Position numbers and translations under genes: made by a program. A stretch of 64,000 nt of DNA, taken from Podarcis bocagei (taxonomy: Eukaryota). Shown in pieces: positions 24,897-37,366 of this stretch (position 1 is its first letter; each line of letters opens with the position of its first letter). The notes under the pieces were generated by a model. It was given only the letters and a program-made list of their open reading frames with translations, was not told the DNA's origin and ran no database searches. The DNA is taken from NCBI GenBank assembly GCA_964188305.1, contig OZ076885.1; one strand, written 5' to 3'.

Positions 24897-27800
24897 GTAG
24901 CACCTTAAAGACCAACTAAGTTAGTTCTTGGTATGAGCTTTCGTGTGCATGCACACGAAAGCTCATACCAAGAACTAACTTAGTTGGTCTTTAAGGTGCT
25001 ACTGGAAGGAATTTTTTTATTTCAAAATTCCTAAATGAATGTTATGGCAATGCTACCAAGCAGTTGAAATTCTAACGCTGCCTTTTAGAAACAATGAAGA
25101 GCATAATCTGGTTAAGCCCAAATGCTTGCTTAAGCTTTGTAGTTTTAATAACTTCAGAAGGTTTTGCTGGCTGTGTTCCATGTATGCTAGTTCCATAGTG
25201 CACTGAATTGCACAAACACGCTGATGGTCATGTATGCAAGTTCCCCCCTGAAAATTATTTCTCCAGTACATTTACTCATAACACTCCTCTGTCCTTCCTT
25301 AATTCTAGCAGGAGCATTTTGAGGAAAGTGTGTCATGGTCTTCAGTGTCACAGCTACACCACATGTCTAAAGCACATAACTTCCCCCAAAGAATCATAGG
25401 AACTGTTGCTTAACAGTTCTGGGAATTATACTCAGTAAGGGGTAAACTACAGTTCCCAGAATTATTTGAGGGAAGACGTATGGTTTAACTGTCTGGCATG
25501 AACCTGACAATGATTTTTGAGATGAGTTGTCATATTTCAGAACTGTAAAGTGGGCTGCAGTTGGTTGGATGTGTTTCTTAAAACCTTTGAGATAAAAACT
25601 CCACTACGGATCCTAATTTAGTAATGGAAATACCTTTAATTTGATGCTATGATGAATCCTATAACTAATGTATTTACATCTGCTGTAATATTATCATTTC
25701 CTGTGCTCATGAGGCTCTGAGACTCTTAAGTTTTATTTCAGAAAAATGTACGAGTGCATGTGGTACCTTTGATATATAATGCACTCATATACGCACAGCC
25801 TCTTCTTAATCAAGCACTGTATGGTGTAACTACTGAATATTTCAAATCTCTGCTTGCAGTGAGATACTTATTAGGGAAATCGAACAAATACAAATCATCA
25901 TGTAGTGAGACGGTTCCTTTTCTCCACTGGTAATGTGCCTTCTGTTAAATTTGATAGATTATCGTTGTTTATCTCTTTCTCAGTCACGGAGCCTCTCGGG
26001 GTTTTTATGCCTACCAATTACCACTAACTTGCTTATTTTAGTGCAGAAGGAGAACGACTAAGATGGCCCAGCAAATAATTTTCTTTTCCTATTCAGAGCC
26101 GTATCCCAGGTCAGTGAAGCTCCTCAGCCAAGGCCACCATACTGTGTTCAATAAAGAGTTGCAAACGCCTTGCGTGATTAGGGTTTGTTTTTCGATCTGC
26201 TTGAACTCTTTGATGCTTTCTAAAGCCTTCAGTTTAATTAGGCGAATAGTTGGTGCAGGTATAATTGCAGCTGGCAAATCCCCACAAATAGTTGCTGAAA
26301 TGTATAGCATCTTTATCTGAGATCTCATGAAAGATCCCAATGGCTACTTAATAAAACTGCACCTTCCCATTCAGTCACTTTAGGAACTCCTACGATTGTC
26401 TATTATTCCCCATTTCAGACATGGGGAAATGAAATAGAAAACCTTCTGAAATAGGACGCTAAGTAGAGGAATAGATTACCCATAGCAGAAAGGGTGAAAA
26501 AGGTGAAATGGATTACAAAGTAGGATAGAGTAGGCCTCTTACTATGTGTGTCTCACAATGATAATGATAAATAATAGTCGGGTAATATAACTGGCACACT
26601 GTAAAATTTCTTCTCTGTTTCCCTTTGCAATGCCATTTCTGCATATGGCTTTTTCATAGTACTTGGAGTTTTAACTGCTAGCTGCCCCCATGCCTAAAAC
26701 CACAGGGCAATTTATCTGCATTCATCAGAGTGCAGTCCATTTCTACCATTTCTACTACCCCTTGTGTGCTTCAACTGGCATTGGCCAGTTGGTGCTTAAT
26801 CCATGTAAATTGGAAGACTTGTTGCACCTGCACAAAAGAGCCCAGGATATATATACCATCATTAGCATCTAATCCAATGCAGCATCACAAAGCATGTGTT
26901 GTGTTGTTGTTGTTTTTAGAAAAATAATATTTATTTATTTATATATATATATAAAAAGAGATACTGTCTCCAACAGGGGCCCAACTCTTATTAGTAAGCA
27001 TGAATCACTGCAACTCCCTTCTTAGAGAAGTTAGACTGGGTCCCTCCTTGCTGTCCTTCTGCTGACTGTGAATACTTCCTTATTCCAATAGGCCTTTTAT
27101 TGTAATTATTGGTATGTTTTAAACAGATTTTATATATGTATATAGTTTTAATTCTATGTTTAATAGTATTTTGATTATTGATTTTCCCATGTTTTTAGCA
27201 GTTCTTGTTTTTATCTGTAAGCTGCCTTGAGGCGGGGAATAAATAAATAATTATTATTAATAATAATCTTAAGAGTAGTACAGGTTTCGTTTTACTTTTA
27301 AATTTTGTGGTCACCTGCATGAAAAGGATTTCAGTTAGTTACTTGACTATATAATGAGACAAAAATTGTGTTTAAATAAATGTCAGATACCATACATAAT
27401 TATGTACCAGTCTTTATTATGGATATATAGCCTTTCCACATGCTACTTTAAACATAATTAAACCATAGTTAAAAGGTGAATGCGCAGCCTTCTGGCTCAC
27501 ACTGCTGAAATCATAGGCACTTCACTTCTCCCCCGCTTCTCCTGCTGCTATGGTTGCAAACCTTGGTTATAGCTCAGGGTATGTTGGAGAGGAACAAACC
27601 ATAACTCTGGTTTGGATGAAACACTAAGCCAGACCATAATTTAGCACCCAATGCAGCAGGAGCAGGGGATGGGCAAAGCACCTACAGTTGTAGCACTGTG
27701 CAACAGCATATTCATTCACCTTTAAATCATGGATTTAGCTCATTTGTGGTTTGTGACATACAAACCAAGCCATTGACTAGATGCAAAGGAGAGCAGGAAA

Positions 27801-27956
27801 GCTTCTGCACTGTTGATAGCTCTGAGGAAGGGAGAACTCTGAAAGCGTCCACTTCTCCTTACAAGGATAAGAAAAGCTGCACCTCTTTAATTCTTCCTTT
27901 TATTTAAGGACAGGGTAAGCAGGGAATCCTGTAAGCAGGAGTCATTAGCAGTAGTC

Positions 27957-28094
27957 CAGGAGTTGGGAGCCTATGGTTCACCATGTGTTTCTGGACTGCA
28001 TCTCCCATCACCCCTGATCACTGGACATGCTAGCAGGGCCTGTGGGGAGATGGACTCCAAAAACGTCTGGGGGATTGCAGGTTTCCCATTTCTG
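27957..28094. mobile_element. Degenerate palindromic hAT MITE, same family as 37229-37366
   Basis: Termini CAGGAGTTGGGAGCCT...AGGTTTCCCATTTCTG and a shared core CTCCCATCACCCCTGA. Confidence 0.55.
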
Positions 28095-28869
28095 CTCTAC
28101 TCCAATTACAATAATGGTTATATTCCCTAGATATTTTTTTAAGCCAAAGAACAAGAGTGCTTTCTATTAGTAGAAAGAAGAAAGAAACAAGAAGACAAAA
28201 GTTTGCCTTTCATCCAAATGCTGCATAAGGATGGCAATTGCCAATATTATTAACTTTTTGAATGGCTTCAATTTGCAGACCTCTACAGGGTGCATGGAAT
28301 TGATGTTTCTTGTAGATGATTTGCAGCACAAAGCTGATATCCACTTCGCTTTATTAATCATAAGAGAAAATTTCAGTTAACTTGAAATAATGATAGTTGG
28401 CTTATGAAACCCCTTTAAGAGGATAATTGCAGCCATGATCTATGAGCACTAGATGGAGGGCACCAGAACCTACCCCCTTTACTCTCCTTCTGTTGGCTGC
28501 ATTTGTATTGAACCAATTAATGCTAAACAACTGCTGTGTTTGTTCCTGAGATAATGATTATCTTTCCCTGCTTTTCAGAAAGCTTTCTTTTTCCAAATTA
28601 CAAAATTGGACATGTTAAGATATGAATGTTCTGCTTTTTGTTACCTTTCATAGACCCCCCTGGAGAGTGTCAGAATACTGTGATGGGGTGTTGTTAGCAG
28701 AATAATGTGCCTCAGGTTTTTAAAATGATTGTTTCTTTATGTAATTTTCTTGCTGCTATAAAGGTACACCTTGGTACCATTGCAAAGTAGCTGTCATGTG
28801 CCTCAATACAAGTCCCATTCAGAAGCTCTTGTGGCAACTTTCCTCAACTGATAGTTTTTTTCCTATCCC

Positions 28870-29125
28870 AAAGTACTCTGAGGCTGCCTCAGCTCCTGGC
28901 AACCAGCAGCTCCTGGCCAGCCATGAAAACAACATTCACTGGGGGAGCTTGTAGCCACGACTGCTGCAACAAACAGCTGTGCACACCTTTGGGAGGCAGA
29001 GATGTGAGAGGGCATCAGAACAGGGAGGGAAGGAAAGAAGGACAGAGGCCAGTGTTGCCTGCGGCACCCCTGACCATCATTCAAGGCACCCCAGGGTGCC
29101 ACGGCACACTGGTTGAAAACCACTG
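28870..29125. mobile_element. hAT-like transposon end fragment
   Basis: Right end reads CAGTGGTTTTCAACCAGTGTGCCGTGGCACCCTGGGG on the minus strand. The left boundary is uncertain. Confidence 0.5.
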
Positions 29126-30785
29126 GTCTAACCAGATCAGTAGCTGTGTATGGGCCTCTGTATGGACTGCTTGGTTCACACCAAAAGCTATGTGTTTGGT
29201 CGAGCTGGAGGGACACGTGCAGCTGGAGTGCCTGCTCACTGTCTCATCCAAGGCAGAGTCAATTGTAGATGCCTCTGCCTATAGTTTGTTTCTTTGGATA
29301 TTGGTGATGGGGCAGAATTTGCTTTCAGTGACAATTGGTTTGTCCTTAATAGAGCAAACACATCTGGAGAGCATGAGGTTGGTAAAAGTTGGTACACTTT
29401 TTCTTTCATTACAGATGGACCCGTGAAATGATTTCCTGCTAGTACAGTCACTATTTAATCCTTGTTCTTCTTGCTCACATGTATTAATTAGTACTTGGGG
29501 AGCTGCCCTTGAAAATACTTGTTTCAACATTACTCCTACTCCAAAAGTTATGAGTCAGTTTAATAGACTTGAACACACTAGCAAGGCTAGAAGTGTGGCT
29601 AGAAAGCAGCTGTGACACTAAAACCTAAAGATAAATTTGTCAGGTTTTGCACTCATAAAACCTTTTAGTTCTTGTACAACAGGATTTTCGCTTTAAATAT
29701 TTAATAACCTTAAAATGTTGCATGTGATTTAATTACCTAAAAGGAGATTACCTTTAGTATGCACCTAAGTCAGCTTTGAAATATATGAATGCCTCTCTTT
29801 GGCAGACAGTTTAGATTCAGCAATGGAAGGACACCATTTACCCCTGAATGATTCACTTCTCCATTAACATGTTCCTGCTGCCAGATAATTATCAGGCCAC
29901 TAGATTTTAAAAGTGTTAGGTTTCAGCATATTGATACAAATTCTGATTCATGGTTGTGAGTACAGAACAGAGCCCTAGTGACTCACCTTAAATGATATGG
30001 GGTTTGAGGCTTGCTCACAAAAGCATATTGCTTCCACGACAATACCTGCTTTTAATGTCATCATTGCGGAGCAGAATTTAGTTCCACCTAGAACCTTAGA
30101 GCTGGGGGCAGCCCAAAATGTTTCAGCATCAGAAGCAAAATGCCCCCTGCCACCCCCATGATGGAGGGAGCATGAGGCTCTGCTGGGCTGCCGGGGGTGG
30201 GGGTGGGCTTCCTTTCTGAAACACCCTTCCTGCCAGCAGCAAAGCACATCCCCTTTCGCTGACTTGGCAAGAGGGGAGGTGTTCCACAGAGCTTTGTCAC
30301 CAGAGTCTCTCCTCCTCTAGGGGCAACGGAGACTGGCAGCAAAGCTGGGTGGCAGAATGCTGTCCCACACGATTTTTAGGTCCCTCCTCCATAGAGCACA
30401 GGGAAGTGTTTTTTTCCCCCCTAATCATGCTTGACTCAGGAGAATATTCAAATGGGATTTTGGAAAATGCACCAATACTGCAAAGTCCAATCATTACAAA
30501 ATAAATATATTTAAAATGGGGAACTTCCTTTTTTTAAAAAAACACCAAAACTCTACCAGCTTTATGGAACCAGAATCATAAAATTGGCAAGCTCTTCTTT
30601 TATTATTTATGTATATTTTTTGATGAAAATAATGATTTTTTTCTATTTAAATGTTTGAGGTTGATTAATACAGAATATAGAGAGCCTTAATAGTGCATCT
30701 CCTAGGTTGTAGATTCTCAACCTTCAAATATATATTTATTGTTTGCTGTGATATTCTTGTCCTCTTGTGGCAGATATGGCAGATA

Positions 30786-31112
30786 CAGTGGTGCCCCGCA
30801 AGACGAATGCCTCGCAAGACGGAAAACTCGCTAGACGAAAGAGTTTTCCGTTTTGGAGGTGCTTCGCAAAACGAATCTCCTATGGGCTTGCTTTGCAAGA
30901 CGACAATGTCTTGCAAGTTCCTGCGGGTTTTTTTTCCTTCCCCCCCTTTTTCTAAGCCGCTAAGCCGCTTATCAACTGATCCGATAAGCCGCTAAAAGCT
31001 GCTAATAGCGCTAATCCGCTAATCCGTCAATGGGCTTGCTTCGCAAGACGAAAAAACCGCTAGACGAAGAGAATCACAGAACGGATTCTTTTCGTCTTGC
31101 AAGGCACCACTG
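30786..31112. mobile_element. Tigger/pogo-like MITE, second family
   Basis: TIRs CAGTGGTGCCCCGCAAGACGAA...TTCGTCTTGCAAGGCACCACTG with TA on both sides. Internal GCAAGACG and CCGCTAA repeats. Confidence 0.9.
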
Positions 31113-34100
31113 TATTACTGTTAGACATGTCTAATATGAATAATATTTTTTTATGTCTACCAGCAAAGTACATGTCTGCCACATATATATTACAAAATCA
31201 GTGAAATGAATGCTCTTTGGCTCAAGCACCTATTAGTTCTTGTAAACACTTAGACTAGCAGGTAGATGCTTAATGATTTACTGTCTCTGAATTAGTGAGA
31301 CTTTTCTTTGATGCTCATGCTTGGCTTTTTCCAGGAAAAAACCCTTCTTCTTTTTTTCAGAAGAAAATTTCTGTAACATTTTAATATAACATCAAGTACA
31401 ACCTCATTTATGTAAGTCACTAGGAAGGCATATACAGATGACAGATGATAATGCCCTGCAGTTGGCCATGACTTCCCAAGGGTATCTGGTTAGGAACTGA
31501 GAGAACAAAATGCTGGAGTAGCTGAGCCTCCAGCAGCGTTCTTGTTATGTTCTTAGAATCAATGTGTCTCAATCTACCTTTGGAATTCATGTTGGATGGT
31601 TCATGGAAGTGACTCCTATGCAGAGTGGTGTTAAAAATTTAATTTTAAAAGCTACGTGGGAAACATGGAGCTGTGAGTGTGTTCACAGAGGAAGTTTACC
31701 TCTGGATTGCTGCTGGATCTGCCTCCATTCTTGTAGAGTTTGTACCTGACTGGAAGCAGCTTTGTGAGAAATCCTTTTATAGGTTAGGGACAGCTGCACT
31801 TCGCTCCTACAGTGGTGGTGCAGACAGTATGGAAATTAAGTGTTTTGCTGCTGACATTACTGTTTCAAGAGAGTAAATGCAAACATGTCCTAAGCTTCAG
31901 AATAATATTTGTGCATCAGTGTTCTAGAATGCAGCAATAAACCTTGGTGTTGGTGGTGGTGGGGGGATACACTGTGGCAAAATAAATTACAGTTGTGTGA
32001 GGGGTGAGTTTAGGGAAGCAGCTGGCTATAGCTCTCCTGCCATACCAAACAGTGATTCTTTTGCTACTTGGGAACGATAACAAAAGCATGGCCCTGTCCA
32101 TTTGCAGAAGCAAGCCTCATCTGCATTGTTCAATGAGATGACTTCACAACATTGTTTGGGTAGACTTGTTATTTGAAAAAATACATTTACTGTAGTTCAA
32201 TTTGTCTGCAGCCACAAAATTGCCATGTGCGTGGGCTGTACTATAGCAGGAAAAAAGGGATCTCAGCTGTGGAATGCCATCTTCTCACTGTAAGTAGGGT
32301 ATGCAACCTGTTGGTATGCAGACTAATCTTTTGAAGTATGGTCCTCCTTATTTATTCTCCCCCATCTATTTTTTTCCCTTAGCAATTTGCACAACATAGG
32401 TTTCTTTTACTCCCATCTGCTTCCTGTTCAGAGAGTATTCTTGGTTTCAAAAGGCACTTCCTTTTGCCTCCTTTTAAACCCTTGTACTGTACTCTTCCTT
32501 TTTGACGTTTTTGGTTGGCCTTCTTAAAATATGCAAACCATCTGTGCTTTTATATACTGATCTTAAACAGCCCCTACTCCAGATTTGTGCTTCTTAAATT
32601 CGTCCTTCAGCCTATAATTAATCATCTTCCATGTAAATTTTAAACCTGTCATTTTAATGAGGGGAGCCTCTCTTGGCTATATCAAATCCAGTTGTCTAGT
32701 GCTTACTGCAAACCAGTCATGAACATTGCTAGTGTACCACACAGGGCCCTGCCCTTGAAACTTACATGAAAGTCTTCATAATATCCAGGCCTCCTTTATG
32801 TCAATGTTTATATCAAGCCAAATGGGCACTCCAGATGTTCCCTTGTTTATATTTAAGATTTTCCCATCATATGTGGTCTATAATTCTGTCCAAAAATGTA
32901 GTTTTTTACATGTTTTCATTTCTTGTACTGTTAATTTTAATTATTAATTTTAACAGTTTTTAATGATAATTTTAATATTTCTTGTAAACTGTTTATGTTT
33001 TACTACAAAAAAGAGATATATAAATGTTAAATTAAACAAAAAAGGGTGGCTCTGATTGCCTGATCCCACAAGCAACTGGACAGCTGCATTATACATGTTC
33101 TGAAGTCTTCCAGGCTATCTTTAAAGACATCCCTATACTTGGGCACATTACTTGTAGAATAGAAGCTGGATTGGAGTTTATTAGTAGATCTCTTGAGTGA
33201 TTTGTAATGGATTGACAAGGGCTTTCAGCTCCCTGCCTATCAGTAGCAACACAAAAGGGCTTCTTCTCTTCCACTCTGGATGCTGAAAGAAAGGCTTGGG
33301 GGAAAACCAAGAGTAGATTTTTTTTTGTGGAAGGATTTATGAGCTTGTTCTGAAACTGATCACAAATTCCTGGGCTGAGCATGTGCTTAGCCAAGTGGTT
33401 GTATGGTATTTTGCACATCGCTCTGATTGGTGAATCTCAGGGTTCAAGCTTCTTCCCCCCCCCCCAAGGTAGGTCCCACAAGCATGGCCTGTCCACTCTT
33501 GTTACAGAGCATTTCTCTTTTGAAAATTAAAATCTTTGCAAATATATTAATAGATTAAAAATGTGATAGTGGGCGTGACGTGGGTGTGGAGAAAATGAGG
33601 ATGGTGAAAATTTAATCCCTAATGCTTTTTTCAGCCTGCCTGTTTTTTAAATAGAATTAAAGACTGAATTGGGTTTTATCCAGTTTCCTGCACTTGGCAA
33701 CCCTTGTAAGTTGTAACAGATGAAGTTCTACTGTTTCATTCAATGAACTTCTTCCCATATCTTTTTTTCTGATGACTTCTTAATTCCTTGAGAATTCAAC
33801 GCAGGATTCACATCTGTTCTGTTTGGCGAGAGGTTGAAAGCCCAGTAAAAACGCCCCATTGGGTGTAGAAGTTGTGTGGTACATAAAAACTCATATGTTG
33901 ACATTTTGACTTCACATTTGGATGATGTGGTAAAGTGGAACAAATACCTTTGGCTAAAGGTATACTTATTGTAAAGATAGATCCTGTTGCACTTGAGTAA
34001 ATTAGCACAATTTTAACATATGAGGGGAAGAAAAGGGTGTAGCATTGCAGAAGTGGCTGTTAAAAGATGACTGTTGTGTATGAAACAATGGCTGGAGACA

Positions 34101-34216
34101 TGTTTTTTTTCTCCACTTCAAGAAGCTGAAGGTGGCGTGGTGTAAGTATGTATATTTATTCTTTGCTCTGGTAAACATGCTTCAGTCTCAAAAATCTGCA
34201 ATAGTTGTTCTATGGG

Positions 34217-34270
<54 letters not shown>

Positions 34271-34309
34271 TATTTATATCCCGCCCTCCCCAGCCGAAGC
34301 CGGGCTCAG
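34217..34309 (-). repeat. (AAT)n microsatellite grown from the tail of a very short L2-like 3' end
   Basis: About 17 AAT units, then TTATTTATATCCCGCCCTCCCCAGCCGAAGCCGGGCTCAG, an L2-type terminal stem-loop on the minus strand. Confidence 0.7.
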
Positions 34310-36985
34310 CTCAAGTACATGTATATACCAAGTACAGTAATGCATCTAGCATCCTTCCTTTGTCTTTCCTAGAACCTATTGTCTGTCACCAGCCTTAGTC
34401 ATTCATTCTACATTATAGAGACAGCTCCTGCAAAATGTTTGTCACTAGGAAAACAGAAACAAATTACTGTTGTCTGAACTTCTGTTCATAGTTATTTTGA
34501 ATCAATGTCATCTTTTGGAGATGACTGTGATGAGTCAGAATATTGCACAGCATGAAACACATGGCAGGTAAACATGGTAGGATCATCAAGCAATTCTACA
34601 CATTGACTGGTATAGGATTTTCAGATCGGATTTTCAGTAAGATGTTCAGAAAATCTCACAATAGCAAAACACCTAGCAGTTGAATTTTTGTGCATTATAA
34701 TGTGCATGTTGCTTCTTTAAATGTTATTCTTCTAGTGAGTATGGTTGTAATTTGCTTTGCTTCATAATACACCATGAGGTCTAAACAGTTAAAACCTATT
34801 TATTTATAAATGAGTATTTCTGAAGCATTATTTAGTAGCCTGAACTAGCGTAATAGTTCCTCTCGCCATATGAAAGCTAGCTTATGGTTAAGCCTTTGTG
34901 CCCAGGAGCCTATAAATTTAATTTGTGGCATGTCACCTCATACAAACAAGGAAAACATCCCTTTTCAGATCAAATGGTATATGTCCTGAAAATCTAGAGG
35001 TGGTAAAATTTTGGTATTTTTGAATGCTCCCTGGTTCCTCTGACGTGAGTGTTTTACATGGAAGAGCATTCAGGAACACAATCCTTCACTTCAGGCTGCA
35101 AGTGATAAAGTATCAAATTCTACCACCTCAAGTCTACATACCAGAGCTCATAGAATAGCTCTGTCAGTTGAGCATCAAATTTTCTGCTATATATTTTAAT
35201 GTGCAAAAGAGCCTTTTTCCCTTTGGCTAATCTGTGAAGCAGCTTCCTGGCAGTCTAGCCTGCTTCCCAGCCCTACTGCTCAAGAATTCAGGGGTTTTGC
35301 TGTTTAGGTTCCAATGCCTAAGCATTGATAAAGACTCGCTTCAGCTGTCATTTTCCTTTATTATGTGACTTCTGAGAGGAGTTCTGTCAATTCACGCTTG
35401 TTTCACCTTCTTTAGTATATTAATGCCCTAGCAGAACCATTAAGGAGAGTGAAATGAAGTAATTGAAATAGTGCTGCCTCTTACTGGGTGTACCTCAGTG
35501 CACAATTACTGTTCAAAGAGAAGGGCTTTCTCATTCTCTGAAAAGACGAGAAGCCTTTTTTGTGCCACTCATTGTCCATTTGCGAATAGGTAAAACTAGT
35601 CTCCATAAACATAGTCTACTGTTCAGTTTCTGTCTGATCAGGCCTGTTTTGTTCTGTGCTGACCGAGAGGGGAAGAGTGCCACCTATATGTGCATGTGGC
35701 ACAGCTAACAACAGTAAAAGCAACATTTCACAATCCGCTGCTGTTAAGCTGGGGAGGCACTCAGTTGGGCAGCAAGTTCTTTCATTATAGAGAGGTGGGT
35801 CTTAATTGATGTTTGGCTCCTGAGCCAGTTTTAGAGAGTGTATAGAAGCAAAATGTAATAGAAGTGGTGTTTATGTACCTTATGTACCAGATGTTTCACC
35901 TTCTGTACACAGAGATCAAGGGCTGCCAGGAGAAGGATGCAATGACACTTGTGTAGGTCTAGCTGATAGAAACAGGGAGATTTTAGAGCAGCAAAGGAGG
36001 AGAAGCTGTAGCAGTGAAAGCTGTAGGGAACCTAGTCAAGGAAGGAGAAGCACTGGCAAGAGGGACAACTGCTGTAGTCTACTTATGTGAAAGTTGCTTA
36101 GAATGAATGTGATGCAAAGCCTTTGAATTAGGAGAGTGAAGAAGAGGGCACAGCCCTCCTTTAAAGAAGAATTATTTGGTTTTCAATTCACATTTCTCTC
36201 ACTCAAAAGCAATGGCTGTGGTTTCCTCTTTCTTTCCAGCCTTAGGTTTCTATTTATTTTTTGTAAATAGAATCTGACGTACTTGTGTGGTGTCCTTTGG
36301 TTCTGTGATATGATTGACTGTCCAAATTCAAGATAGCTGTGATAAAAACAAAAGGTTGATGATTGTAGAAAAGCTAGGAACAGATGGTCATAAACTCCAG
36401 CACATGGGGCAAGTACAATAGGACAATGCAATCATCTCCAGTCTAGAAGATATTGCAGTGTGGGTAGGAAGATTGCACGGGCATCGCCATCTTTCCCAAG
36501 CACCAAGGGGAAACATGCCAGATTTCCCAAACTTCTCACTTTACCCTTCACATCTTCTATAACAAATGTAACGTACAGTTCATAGGTTGGTACTGCTAGG
36601 CAATGCTGGTGAAATAACCCTGGGATATTTCAGTGAATTAAAATGATGTGAAATTGCACACTTGGTGGCTTTGTGTTTTGGGCCAGCTTCATCCATTTAG
36701 CTGAATGGTAATATCCTTCATGTAGTGGGGTGGAGACCACAGTTCCAGGTATGTGCAAGCTGAGACCCTGAAAATATGCAATGTGTGGGTTGTTATCCAT
36801 GATCCTTCCACCCCACTGTAAGATAACGTGTGTATGAACACATGACCCAGTGGTGATGCCCACTCAAGTGGAATCAGATTTGCACACTCCCAAAGCCTCA
36901 CTTGCCACCATGTGCAGCTAGACTGAATATCTAAGAACATCTAAACTAATTTGATGATTAATGTTGTTTTTCTCTTAATTTGCAG

Positions 36986-37056
36986 GGTGCCCACACTGTA
37001 AAAACTCCATCCCCCATTTCACAACAGCTGCAGAACTATTTAAAGAAGATCGAAAG
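36986..37056 (+). CDS. PDIA5: PDIA5 internal coding exon (71 bp) with the WCPHC active site
   Basis: Acceptor tctcttaatttgcAG and donor GTaatc. Translates as (W)CPHCKNSIPHFTTAAELFKEDRK. CPHC is the characteristic third-domain motif of PDIA5. Confidence 0.97.
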
Positions 37057-37228
37057 GTAATCCCATTTTGGATTGTTTCTAAGGTGTTATGTAGAACATC
37101 ACAGCCATCCTTTTCTGCTAACAACTTTTATCCAGGTTTTAAAATGGTGAAATGCTGGGCTTGTGCTTTAAAGCAGTGACAAAACAACTGAATAAATTAA
37201 TCTATCATCTAAAGCGAAGGCAGTGGGC

Positions 37229-37366
37229 CAGGGGTGGATAACCTGTGGCCCTCCAGATGTTGATGGGCTCCAACTTCCATCAGCCCCAGCCAAAATATGC
37301 AGTGGTCAGGGATGTTGGGAGTTATCATCCAGCAACATCTGGAGGGCCATAGGTTCCCCATCCCTG
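37229..37366. mobile_element. Palindromic hAT MITE (138 bp)
   Basis: CAGGGGTGGATAACCTGTGGCCCTCCAGATGTTG...CAACATCTGGAGGGCCATAGGTTCCCCATCCCTG. Degenerate 8-bp TSD CAGTGGGC / CAGTAAGC. Confidence 0.85.

Larger units (their letters stand above)
24552..25020 (-). mobile_element. Penelope-like element terminal (pLTR) remnant with a tandem 72-bp array and an inverted arm
   Basis: 12-bp TSD TTCAAAATTCCT (24540-24551 and 25021-25032). Begins GTTACAGGTAGGTAGCCGTGTTGGTCTG, which resembles squamate Penelope termini. Units start at 24610, 24682, 24754, 24826 and 24898. 24950-25022 is the reverse complement of 24589-24661. Confidence 0.85.

Noticed and set aside
24610-24949. CRISPR-like array
   Set aside because: The units are contiguous near-identical repeats with no unique spacers, there are no cas genes, and the DNA is a vertebrate intron.
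24943-24970. Plus-strand hammerhead that could cleave PDIA5 pre-mRNA
   Set aside because: The inverted arm has stem II, GAAA and GCUC but is preceded by GAGCUUUC rather than CUGAAGA, so the core is incomplete.
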